Assembly: GCA_951406725.2 (NCBI GenBank)
Contig: OX597818.1
Location: forward strand, 93,496,001 to 93,560,000
DNA: 64,000 nt
Source of the DNA: Octopus vulgaris
Taxonomy: Eukaryota
Direction of reading: 5' to 3'
Made by a program: the position numbers and the translations under genes. The notes beneath the pieces were generated by a model. It did no database searches. It worked only from the letters and a program-made list of their open reading frames with translations, and was not told where the DNA came from. Shown here one piece after another: positions 23,766 to 35,520 of the stretch. The stretch's first letter is position 1, and the number at the start of each line of letters is the position of its first letter.

Positions 23766-26700
23766 GTGTGTGTGTATGTGTGTCTGTTTGTCCCCTCAGC
23801 ATTGCTTGACAACCGATGCTGGTGTGTTTACGTCCCTGTAATTTAGTGGTTCAGCAAAAGAGACCAATAGAATAAGTACTAGGCTTACAAAGAATAAGCT
23901 CTTGTGTCAATTTGCTTGACTATAAAGGCGGTGCTCCAGCATGGTCACAGTCAAATGACTGAAACAAGTAAAAGAGTAAAGAGTATACATGACTACCTGC
24001 CTCCAACCAAACTATACCATAATGTACCTGGACCAAATGCAGCAATAATGATTTCAAAGTATCAGCCTATACATACCTTAAAGATTTTGTCTATCAGTTG
24101 CTTTCCAGATCCTGGTTGAGTGATGGATCTGTGAGTTCATCTTCAATAACTAGATTGAAATTGGACTTTTCTTGTTCACATGCTTATTGAAACTAGTTTT
24201 CAGCATGCCACTGGAATAATTATCAATGGAAACTCCATCAGTAGACCCAGAGCTTGCTTGGGCCAGATTCTTCAGCAAGCTAACACTGCAGATGTCATCA
24301 ATGGACTCTCTTCAGTGAAACTAGAGTTTGATCAATTTCTAGGGTACCCAGTCTTCCAGAAGGGCTATGTTTTAAGTTAAGACAGTGTTAATTTGACCAA
24401 CTGAGTATCTAATATGAACAAAGGAATATGTAGCACCCATCAAGTTAACATAATCTTTGGCTCATATTTATTTCTATGATGAAACCAACTCATTTAATCT
24501 ACTCCTCTCCAGATTTAGAATGCCACGCAGCTAAAGACTGCCCTATTGATGAGCAACATTGAAAGTTAAAGAGTCTTCCATGAGGCAACAGGTTAATCAT
24601 AGAGTAAAGGAGAGACCTAATCATGTGAAGTGATTCCACTTCATCATTTTCTATCAACAATTGTTATTGTTCTCCACAGAATTTCAAATAGGTAGTCTAT
24701 TTGATTGTTTCCAGGAGAATGGCATATAATCATGTTAACTTGAACATTTGCTCTCCAAAAGAAATGTGTAAGTATCTTGGAGCTTAAAGTGGAATACACA
24801 GTCTAGGTGGATTACCAAACTGGATCACCAAACATTATCCATATATTTTTTGAAGACAACAAACTTTTAGGGGCTTTATAGTTGTGTGTGCTGGATGCTT
24901 TATTCATACTAGAGAGGTTGTTAAGTAATTTGCAAGGCAGGAAAAGAGAAGAAAAAGGAAAAAGAAAAGGGAAAAGGCCTTCTTGATAAAGTGGGTGCAG
25001 AGGTGGTAGTGTGGTGAGATATTTAACCGATGAATAGCATCTAGGGGTCTTTTGTTTTTCTAGTAATAGAAAAGTAGCTTTCAGTAGGGGTTGAATTAGT
25101 TCCAAAAAAAAAGCTGCCCATTTAGAATAGAAACTAAACAAATCTAGTTATCACTTAAAAATGCTTTGCATGAGGTATTGAGCAAATGATTTCTAGCTGA
25201 CTTTATAAAAATTAATAGTTATATCAAAAAGCAGCTGATGAGAATCAGTATTCTAAGCACAAGTCTAAATATATCTGTTATGATTACAAGTAGCTGGCGA
25301 CAGCAACCTTCTATGAAAATATGCCATAATGCATCTGGACTGGAAGTAACAAAGATTTCATGGCAACAGGCACTAGGTACTTAGATACAATGCAATGCAT
25401 GTAGACACCATTACATGCAGTGTATATAGTGGACAGCATGAAGGCATTAGTTGTAGTGGAGACTGGCAACTGTCATCAGATGTGGCAGAGATAAAATCAT
25501 ATGTCTATGGAAATGCAGTTATGTGAACCAGTTAATTACGATAATTGATTTAATTACTCTTTAAAATGATGATGATGCAGAGAAAGAAAAGGAGTTAGGA
25601 ACTGTCTATTGATTAACTCTCCTCCTTCAGCTCTTATTTAACTTCTGTCTATTTTTCCCTATCAAGCTGTCAAACACATACACATACCCCCACATTCACA
25701 CAGACATGTATGAACACACATAGACTTTCATTCCCTCTTTCTCTCTTATACACCACACTCATACACATACACACACATACACATCAGTGTAATTAATTAT
25801 TTCTAATATAGGTACAAGGCATGCCACTGAGGTTGACTTTGTCTTTCATCTTTTTGGAGTCAATAAAATAAGCACCAGCTGAGCATTTGGGTTAATGTAA
25901 TAGACTTATCCCCCCCCCAAAAAAATTTCTGGCCTTGTGCCAAAATTTGTAACCAATACAGGTACAAAAATTTGAGATGATTTTGGAGGAGATTAGTTGC
26001 TTACATCAACCAAAACTCTCTACTTGAGCGGTACTTTATTTTATTGATATCCAAAACAATGAAAGACAAATTTGACATCAGCAAGTTTGAACTCAGAATG
26101 TGAAAAATTGGAGCAAATGTCACAAGGCGTTTTGTCTGATGCTCCAATGATTATACCAATACTCCACCCCTCTGTCTTCATTTAATAAAAACAACAAACA
26201 ACTTAACAAAAAACTCAAAAACTCATAGGTGTAGGAGAGGCTGTGTGGTAAGTAGCTTGCTTACGAATGACATGGTTCCGGGTTCAGTCCTACTGCGTGG
26301 CACCTTGGGCAAGTGTCTTCTACTATAGCCTCGGGCCGACCAAAGCCTTGTCAGTGGATTTGGTAGATGGAAACTGAAAGAAGCCCGTCATATATATGTA
26401 TGTGTGTGTATATATATATACATATATATATGTATGTGACTTTGATGTAGCATTCAGATTAGTTCCACTTTCAAATGTTATCTTTATTTATTTACATTGT
26501 TTTGAACTGATGCAGTATTTTGCAGCTTTGAGATTTTGATGATGTGATTGTTTATTTTCCGAATGACTTTGGAAGGTAGATGTGAGAGGCTGAATCTGGC
26601 CAGTTTTAACGTAAAACAGGTTGAATATTTGGGCTGGACATGAGCAGTTTAAATGCTAAACGGTTAAAGAGAGTTGATTTATTAATCTATCATGCAAATT

Positions 26701-27974
26701 CTGTTAACAACTTATAGTTTGATAAACCAGCTTGCAAGTCATCATCATCAGTAGCAGCCATTCAAGAATTTGGACATGGAGATCTCCATTTCCAGCGACT
26801 TCGAGGGCCCCCCACCCAGTGGTGTTGGGCGTCAATGAAGAGCCCTCGACTACAACAAGACGACCAAAGTTTTTTTTTTCCAAGGTCTGGGGTCTCCCGA
26901 CCCTAAGCCCTAGACCATCACCTAATCACCCTTACCCATCTTGTTGCTTAACAACAACAACAACAACAAATCATCATCAGCAGCAGCATCATAGTAATTT
27001 TAATGCCCAATTGTCCATGTGTGCATGGGTCAGAGAAACTTGTGGCAAATTTTCTGCAGCCAGATGCTGCACTTATATTCACACTTTTAAAAGCTGATGT
27101 TTTATGATTGATAAGTACCAGATTAATGTAAGCACTGGAGCCAATAAAGTTGACTAAACTTTTGAAGGTAGTGTTAAGGTATCTGGAAGAAATTTTGCAA
27201 GGCAGAACAAAATTACTTAAGTTTCATGACTTAAACTAGTAAAAGTATAAAAGAAATATATATAGATAGATATACCATCAACGTCATCACTTTAACATCC
27301 ACTTTTATTTTCCACGGTTGCATGTGTTGGATAGAATTTGAGGCAGCTTTTCTACAGCTGGATGCCCTTCCTGTCACCAACTGTTTCCAAGCTAAGTAAT
27401 ATTTTCCCATAGTCAGACATGTCTTCACAGGATATTGAAAATGGATCACATTGTCTGTATAATAGTGACACTCATTTATAACTGACACCTGACAGAAGAC
27501 AAGAAGATACAAACATACATCCTCACACACATATATAGATACATACATATACTATACATACACACACTTATGAGGTCTCTCGTGAGTGTTGCTCATAATA
27601 TGGAATCCAATACAACCTGTTGCATAATTGGTCCAATGGCAACAAAACCAGTACCCTAACCATGCTAGCCTGGTGAGAATGGTTGTTAGAAACCCAGCCG
27701 AACTAAAAGAAAAAAATACCTGTCAAAAGGACAAATGAACTCGATGTAGATTTGACAACTATCTGACAATAGTATAGGTACTCAGAAATTCTGGGCTGGT
27801 TTCCAGCGTGATGGAAGACCACTGGGGGTAAGGCCCTCAGCTTTTAAAGCATGTCTCTTGGAACAAGCAAAAAAGGAGAGACGGTTAGCACTTCCCTTGA
27901 CAAGGACGGAAGAGATCAATCGATCTTTCTAACACATATGGGCATTACTCTCTACTTTAGAGCAACCTATTTTT

Positions 27975-28370
27975 GAGGCGCAGGAGTGGCTGTGCGGTAA
28001 GTAGCTTGCTTACCAACCACATGGTTCCAGGTTCATTCCCACTGCATGGCACCTTGGGCAAGTCTCTTCTATTATAGCCTCGACCAAAGCTTTGTGAGTG
28101 GATTTGATAGATGGAAACTCAAAGAAGCCCGTCAATATATATATATATATGTATGTGTGTGTATATGTTTGTGTGTCTGTGTTTGTCGCCCCACCATCGC
28201 TTGATAACCGATGGTGGTGTGCTTAAGTCCCTGTAACTTAGTGGTTCAGCAAAAGAGACTGATAGAATAAGTACTAGGCTTACAAAAAATAAGTCCTGGG
28301 GTCGATTTGCTCGACTAAAAGCAGTGCTCCAGCATGGCCACAGTCAAATGGCTGAAACAAGTAAAAGAGT
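27975..28370 (+). mobile_element. tRNA-derived SINE with internal microsatellite
   Basis: GGCGCAGGAGTGGCTGTG.GGTAAG..GGTTCA head and GAAACAAGTAAAAGAG tail. Confidence 0.85.
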
Positions 28371-28602
28371 ATGCATGGAATGGCATTGAATATTTTGGAG
28401 ATCTTTTACTTGTGCTTAAGATCTCTCCTGAGCCTGCAACCTGTATTAGCACTAGATATTTTGCCCTGACTTGTTTCTAGATCATGTCAATAGGGTGCAG
28501 AGGATCTATGAGGTATCATGCAAGCTTTATTGAACCTAAAACTTTGCATGGGCAATGGTGACTGATGGCCTTCCTTGGTTGAGTGGACAGCCATCATATG
28601 CT

Positions 28603-28647
<45 letters not shown>

Positions 28648-28926
28648 AAATAGTGTTAGAGATAGAAACACCAACAACTTCATCAACTCCAAACGATATT
28701 AACTCAACCAAGCCCTAAAATATTAAATAATATACTTAATATTTACATTCATAATCCCCAAATTTTTATGGCTTGGTTGAGTTAATATCATTTGGAGTTG
28801 ATGAAGTTGTAGGTGTTTCTATCTCTAACACTATTTTGATATATATGAATTAATTACTGAGAGTAATTCAATTTAATATTTTTAATTTGAATGTCTCATT
28901 CCTGTGGCACTAGAATTGATATTCTC

Positions 28927-28965
<39 letters not shown>

Positions 28966-29069
28966 TAATATATACATATATATACATTTATGCATTTGTT
29001 TTGCAAGATTCCTGATGTGAAATCATGTGTTGAAACAAATATCGTTTATTTGGGGATGGTAATTTTTGA

Positions 29070-29410
29070 GCGTGATCGTTACCTGCATTGCCTTACTGGC
29101 ATGTGAAAAACATTCGAGCGAGGTTGTTGCCAGTGCCACTGGACTGGCTCCTGTGCAGGTAGCACATAAAAAACACCATTTGAGCATGGCCGTTGCCAGT
29201 ACCGCCTGACTGGCCCTCGTGCCAGTGGCACGTAAAAGCACCCACTACACTCACAGAGAGGTTGGCGTTAGGAAGGGCATCCAGCTGTAGAAACTCTGTC
29301 AGATCAGATTGGAGCCTGGTGCAGCCATCTGGTTCGCCAGTCCTCAGTCAAATTGTCCAACCCATGCTAGCATGGAAAGTGGACATTAAACGATGATGAT
29401 TATGATGATG
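29070..29410 (+). mobile_element. RTE 3' UTR fragment
   Basis: Same modules as 43740-43930, with (GAT)n tail. Confidence 0.75.
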
Positions 29411-30497
29411 TTGGAGGAAAACTACTTTTTTTTCTTTCCTGAGTTCATCCATGTCACTGCTGACCATAGTTTAGGATATTCACCTCAACCATGACATCAA
29501 AGTTGTTGGCAAATGTGTGTGTGTGTGTGTGTATTGCATGCCATGTGGTTAGCAAGGTTGTAATGTTTTAAGTTTGGCAGTTGATTAATATGTAGCACTT
29601 AATATTGACCTCTTTTATACTTCATATTATACTGGGCCCTAGGTAACATATTCTAGAGGTAATGGGAAAGAGAGTGGGTGATATTCTAATCAATCACTCT
29701 TTTGTACTTAACCTGGTACTTATTTTATTGATGTTTCCAAGATACAAGGTTGTTATCTCTGGAACTAAATACATAAAGACATTTTGTTGGACACTCTGCT
29801 GATCCTACTATCCACCACTCTACTGTAATATTTCTCTCTAATCAATAAAGAGAGCTGTACATGTTTGTTTGGCCTGCTAGAAATAACAGTCAAATCTCCC
29901 TCAAATGACAAGCCCCCACAATCTTAGAAAAGGATTCCTTTTATAATGTAACTCTGGGGTGTTGTCTACGTATACAAAAAAGGCAATGACAACAGCTGGC
30001 ATGGCTTTAATCATAACTCTGCTCTGTGGTTAAACAGCACCAGCTCTTCCTCAAGTCAGTGGGATGATCCTCCACAAGGTCATTTGACCTACATGAAACA
30101 GGAACCAAATCTCCCTTGAATCACATCCTATTTTCGTAAAAAGAAAGCACATATAAAAACTGGATGTTCATGGCTGGGGCTATACAACAGGAACACCACT
30201 TCTTTAAGCTTGCCATGTAGTCATGCTACCAATTACATCAGAAGGGTTCTTCTAAGAGATGGCATAGACCTCTATGCCATCACTTGACCTGTTAGAAATA
30301 GTAACCAAATGTTCTTTGTATCATGTTATTTAAGGTTAAGACCTACTGTAATATGTAGTTTTACATATGCCATACCTTACAAAAAGAAAGGATGGTCATT
30401 GTTTGAATGTCTCTAATCACTAGTCTACTCAATCAGGATTAACCCAGGACATCATCACTTCTTTCTATCACACACACACACGCGTGCATGCAGTTAA

Positions 30498-31347
30498 CCC
30501 TTTTGATCTGAGGCTTTATATAGCTATGGTGTGGCCTCACGTGGAATTTGCATCACCGGTCTGGAACCCCTATCTTGCCCAGGATATTAATCGTCTAGAA
30601 ACCGTTCAGCGATGTGCAACCAAGAGAATACACACCATCAGCTATTTGCCATATTCTGAACGCCTTACTTCCCTGGGCATGGACACATTGAAAGTCCGAT
30701 GTCTGGCAGCTGACTTGGCAGACACCCATAAAATTATTAACCATCTTACCAACAATAACTCTGAGCACCTTTTCAAACTCCACCTGTCTAACACCCGTGG
30801 ACATGTTTACAAAATCAGAAAACAGCACAGCTCCCATGACTTTCGGAAACATTTTTTCATGCTAAGAGTTGCTGAAGCATGGAACAAACTGCCAGCATCA
30901 GTTGTTAGTTGTTGGAGCACTGCATCTTTCAAAACTTCCATGCTTCCTGAGATTCGCCAACACTACACCTGATTTTCTCCCCTCCATACACACGCAAGCA
31001 TATATCTGACTCATACACTGTTCACTTCCCAGACATTTGTACATTACCGCATATGCTTTATATGCACTTTTGACAAGTTGTGGTGCACCTGAGCACTGTA
31101 TACAATAATTTCATTATTATTTTTATTATAAACAATCAACCAAAGACTGACTGCTGGTTATATGACAGAAATTTCTTATTTTAAAGTGATCTAAATTAAA
31201 ACTTTCCAGCAAAATTTCCTGTTGATTTATATTCCAAACACCAGCTTAATAACAACAACAAAGTTCTTTTACTAAATTCATTATTGTTTTTTAAAATTGA
31301 TTGAAACAAAGACAGTATATTTCGACAGAAATATAGTAACAAAAGGA
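30498..31347. mobile_element. TTAA-flanked piggyBac-like MITE interrupted by the CR1 fragment
   Basis: TTAA|CCCTTTTGAT at 30494 and GTAACAAAAGGA|TTAA at 31348. The remaining body resembles the copy at 34513-34811. Confidence 0.6.
30508..31130 (+). mobile_element. CR1-clade LINE 3' fragment
   Basis: ORF 30484-30972 with LYIAMVWPHVEFASPVWNPY, LETVQRCATK, TRGH and RVAEAWNKLP, then a 3' UTR and an ATT-rich tail. Confidence 0.88.
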
Positions 31348-31416
31348 TTAACCCTTTCGTTACTGTATTTATTTTGTGATGCTCTGTGTTTCTTTCAATT
31401 ACTTTAAATATATATA

Positions 31417-31581
31417 GGCGCAGGAGTGGCTGTGTGGTAAGTAGCTTGCTTACCAACCACATGGTTCCGGGTTCACTCCCACTGCGTGGCACCTTGGGCA
31501 AGTGTCTTCTACTATAGCCTCAGGCCAACCAATGCCTTGTGAGTGGATTTGGTAGACGGAAACTGAAACAAGCCCGTTGTA

Positions 31582-31640
<59 letters not shown>

Positions 31641-31845
31641 TTGTGTGTCTGTGTTTGTCCTCTCAAAATTGCTTGACAACCGTTGCTGGTGTGTTTATGT
31701 CCTCGTAACTTAGCGGTTCGGCAAAAGAGACCGATAGAATAAGTACTAGGCTTACAAAGAATATGTCCTAGGGTCGATTTGCTCGACTAAAAGCGGTGCT
31801 CCAGCATGGCCACAGTCAAATGACTGAAACAAGTGAAAGAGTAAA
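31417..31845 (+). mobile_element. tRNA-derived SINE nested in a MITE
   Basis: Same family as 27975-28370. Confidence 0.85.
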
Positions 31846-31889
31846 GTGTATAACGAAGAATAGCGTAAATAACTTAGTTATCATTCAGC

Positions 31890-33566
31890 GAGTTAGTTAG
31901 TTAGTTAGTTAGTTAGTTAATTTGGCTCAAAAGCAAATAGCAAGGCCATGTAGGGGGACATGGAGTTAGGTACAGGGTGGTGTTCATGTAAAGAGTTCAG
32001 GCCACTTGAGGTCAAGGGAGGCTTTGAACAAAGCGGTCGTCGGCATCTTCACCATCTCGTCTGGCAGCTTGTTCCACGGATCCGCAACCCGGACGGAGAA
32101 AGCTCCTCTCCTTTGATTGAGATGAAATCGTCGCAGGTAGAGCTTTTCGGAATGACCCCGCAGCCGACGCTCTGGAGCAGGAGTGAAGAACAGCTCTTTC
32201 GAGAGGTTACACTTTCCGCTTATGATGTTGTGGCCGAGAATGAGATCACCACGGCGGCGGCGTTTTTCAAGAGAATAAAGGTCGAGCGTCCTCAGCCTTT
32301 CTTCGTAGGACAAATTTTTGAGACCATGAACCATGCGGGTAGCCAGCTTCTGGACTCTTTTGAGATGCTGTATGTCTTTGAGGAGATAAGGAGAAGAGGC
32401 TTGAATCCCATACTCCAATATGGGTCTCACCAGCGTGACATAGAGTGGTAGGAATATGGCTGCTGTGAGCATTCCGAATGACCGTCGAATCAAGAACAGA
32501 ATTCCGCGTGCTTTGTTGGCAGCATGGACGCACTGGGCCGAAGGTGGTAAGGAGGAATCCACCAAGATACCTAGGTCCTTTACCTGATCGGTCCTCTCCA
32601 GCAGCAGACGACCCGGCTCGAAATCAAGTTGAGTTGCAGGAGTAGAGCTGACAGCACTTTGACACGTTCAGACACAGGTCCCAATTGTTAGACCACTTCC
32701 AAATTTGGTGGAGGCATCGACGAAGATCCTCTATATTACCGCGAGGAGCGACCAGTTTGATATCGTCGGCAAATAGAAGGGTGTGTTGCGTGAGGTCGTC
32801 GGGCAAGTCATTTATGAAGACTAAGAACAACAAGGGCCCAAGCACTGAACCTTGAGGCACGCCACTGCTCGCACTGGAGACGTCGGACCGCGAACCATTA
32901 ACTTGGACTTGGAAGGAGCGATCTGAGAGGAAGGCACCAACCCATCGTACAATATCCGGATGGAAACTATATGCTTGAAGCTTGACAAGCAATAGGCGGT
33001 GGTTTACCGAGTCAAAAGCTTTGGCAAAGTCCAGTAAAACGATGTCAACAGCATCACTATCATCGAGGATGCGCGTCACCAATTCTTCCATTACTAGTAG
33101 GTTGGTCAAGCATGATCTCTTTGGCACGAAGCCGTGTTGGGAGTCAGAGATAGAGGCTGTGTTTAGGAGGTGGAGCATCATACTTTTCTTAAGGATGGTT
33201 TCGAACATCTTGCTGATAATTGATGTAAGGGAAACCGGTCGGTAGTTAAGCGGGTCTTCGCGGCTCACTTTCTTGAAAATTGGGCAGATTATCGCTGTTC
33301 TCCAGTCTGCAGGTATAACACCCGTCGCCAATGACATATTGAATAGTCGTGTTAAGGGCTCACAGATGACCAGAGCCAACGCTTTTATAACCCGTGGGTG
33401 TATGCCGTCAGGGCCGTGACCTTTGTTGACATCGAGGCCTTGAATAACACGTTTGACTTCGTCCCGCGTGATGACCAATCGAAGCATTGGAGGTACCGAT
33501 CTATCAAATGAAGGGGGTTCACGACCATCATCTTGTTTGAAAATAGTTGAAAAAGCCTCGGCAAAT
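31890..33566 (-). mobile_element. 5'-truncated CR1-clade LINE (reverse transcriptase plus C-terminal region), one frameshift near 32645
   Basis: ORFs 32624-33643 and 31984-32565 contain NYRPVSLTS, QHGF, LDFAKAFDSV, SGVPQGSVLGP, LFADDIKL, LVRPILEY, SLEKRRRRGDLI and RVADPWNKLP. (CTAA)n 3' tail at 31891-31920. Confidence 0.93.
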
Positions 33567-34512
33567 AATTGAGTATTAGAAACATAAATTGTGACTAAGG
33601 TTTGCTGGGAGATTTTAATTCCAAACTTATGAAAACAAGACATTTGTACTCACAGCCAGAGCCAGTTTCAGCCGGCTTGGTAACGAAAGAGTTAAAATAG
33701 CATTAGCCACTGAAAATGCATATGACTTGCACTTACATACACAGCGCTTATATATTTGTGTATATAATTTGTAATGCATGCCATGATGCTACAACAATCT
33801 GTCTGACAATCGTGGTATTTTTTTGTTTATTGTATTAGTCAAAAGAGTGGGTGCAGGTGTAGTTGTGCAGTTAAGAATTTCACTTCCCAACATATAATTT
33901 CATGTTCACTCCCACTGCTTGGCATCTTGGGTATGTGTCTTCTGTTATTTGCCCCAGCTTGGCCAAAACCTTGTGAGTGAAACTAGTAGATGAGAACTGA
34001 AAGAAGTCCATCATGTGTTTGTGTTTGTTTACATTTGCACATCTTCAATTACTGCAAGCTACAAGCAGTAATGTCATTTCTCCTGTCAACAACATATCCA
34101 CTCACTGCACACCTTCATAGATATGTGAAATAAAAGATCCCTTGCTTGAAAAACAGGGACGGGTTAGCAATAAGAAGGATACTCAGCTGTTATGCTTCAA
34201 TGAAAGATTTGTGGAATCCATGCTATCAGGGAAAATTAAATGTAAAAAGTAAACATGGGAAATTCACATAACATTTACAGACTCTCCCATGATTTCATGT
34301 ATTTGTTAAGTTTGAACATCTATAAGTCAGTGTTTGCTGGGGAGTGGGGAGAGAACCTGAGTGAAGAGAGGATTATTAATATGATGATGTTGCGGGGTTT
34401 TTTTTAAAAATCTTTTTTAAATTTACCTTTTTTCCAGAAAGGAAACATATTTCCAATTTTCTGGGCATTGACAATTTTCTCCTGCCAAACTAACATTAGT
34501 AATATGCTTTAA

Positions 34513-34811
34513 CCTTTCATTACCAACCCAGCTGAAACCGGCTCTGGCTCTTTAGTACAAATGTCTGGTTTTCAAAAGTTCTGAATTAAAATCTTCCATG
34601 GTATCAAACACAACAAATACCTTGTGGTAATTGTTTTGGTTCTTTACATTTTGAGTTCAAATTTTACCAAAGTCAGCTTTGTCTTTTGTCACAATTTATG
34701 TTCCTAACACTAGCTTAATGATAACAATATTATTTCACTAAATTCTTTGTTATATTTAAAATAATTGGAAGAAACACAGAGCACCTGAAAATAAATACAG
34801 TAACAAAAGGG
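34513..34811. mobile_element. TTAA-flanked piggyBac-like MITE with a ~90 bp foreign insert
   Basis: TTAA|CCTTTCATTAC ... GTAACAAAAGGG|TTAA. Confidence 0.75.
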
Positions 34812-35520
34812 TTAAGGCTCTCTAATATATATTCACAGTTGTTTCAGAAACTAATTTGTTTGATTCATTAGTTGTAGCTAGAGATCTAACAGAAATCAAT
34901 AATCACCACTCAGTAAACTGGCTAGTATATAATTCATAGCTATCAGCTAAACTACTGAATGAATAAGTTTCATTTGAGTCAAATAAAGGAGTCTCTTTGT
35001 AGTTATTCAATGTATTAGAAATAACTGCCAAATCTCCTGTAGCTGTCTCCTTACAGATGCTCTAACTTAACATTGGTACTGACAATGTTATATATATATC
35101 TTATAGTCTAGATAATCTGCAATGGTCATGGGCACTGCTTTTTGTTACTAAACCACTAAAAAATACCAATACCATTTATAACAGGCTTCTTCACAGTCAT
35201 CCACCTGCTAGATGTACCAAGGAAATATCTATTAAATCACTACCTACTACTTTAAAAAAGGAAGGATACATCAGATTTGTGTGAGTAAAAGACCAAATGG
35301 GTGTGATAGAAGTGTTTTTGACTAGATGTCTACTAGATGAAGGCTAATTTGGGACTAAATAGGCACCCACCATAGAGTACACGCTACCATCACTCTCACT
35401 ACCACTTCAGTCACATCCTCTGGGCAATGATTCCTTAGCTATTGATAGATTACTGACATGTTTTCAATAACTATCTAATTCTTGGGTGTCCTTTACTACC
35501 AATTGTGTAGCAACTAGGTC

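Larger units (their letters stand above)
20625..23983 (+). mobile_element. SINE 5' half (20625-20795) and 3' half (23765-23983) separated by ~3 kb of microsatellite and inserts
   Basis: Both halves match the 27975 family in order and orientation. Confidence 0.55.
31352..33691. mobile_element. TTAA-flanked piggyBac-like MITE with nested SINE and CR1
   Basis: TTAA|CCCTTTCGTTAC ... GTAACGAAAGAG|TTAA terminal inverted repeats. The non-nested parts are the reverse complement of 34513-34811. Confidence 0.75.

Noticed and set aside
24000-25520. Possible ancient non-LTR element (KYLG-like word at ~24765)
   Set aside because: Too decayed; no second convincing RT motif could be confirmed by eye.
26895-26940. 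CCCTAAGCCCTAG..CCTAA..CCCTTA telomere-like or G4-like words
   Set aside because: Only a few degenerate units, so not an interstitial telomeric array.
27570-27960. Possible LINE 5' UTR with an HDV-like ribozyme
   Set aside because: I could not build the nested double pseudoknot by hand; it needs a motif search.
29005-29060. CTGATGTG...GAAAC hammerhead-like words
   Set aside because: The core is altered and stems I and II do not pair convincingly.
31960-33245. + strand ORFs 31960-32451 and 32982-33245
   Set aside because: They are antisense shadows of the CR1 RT frame.
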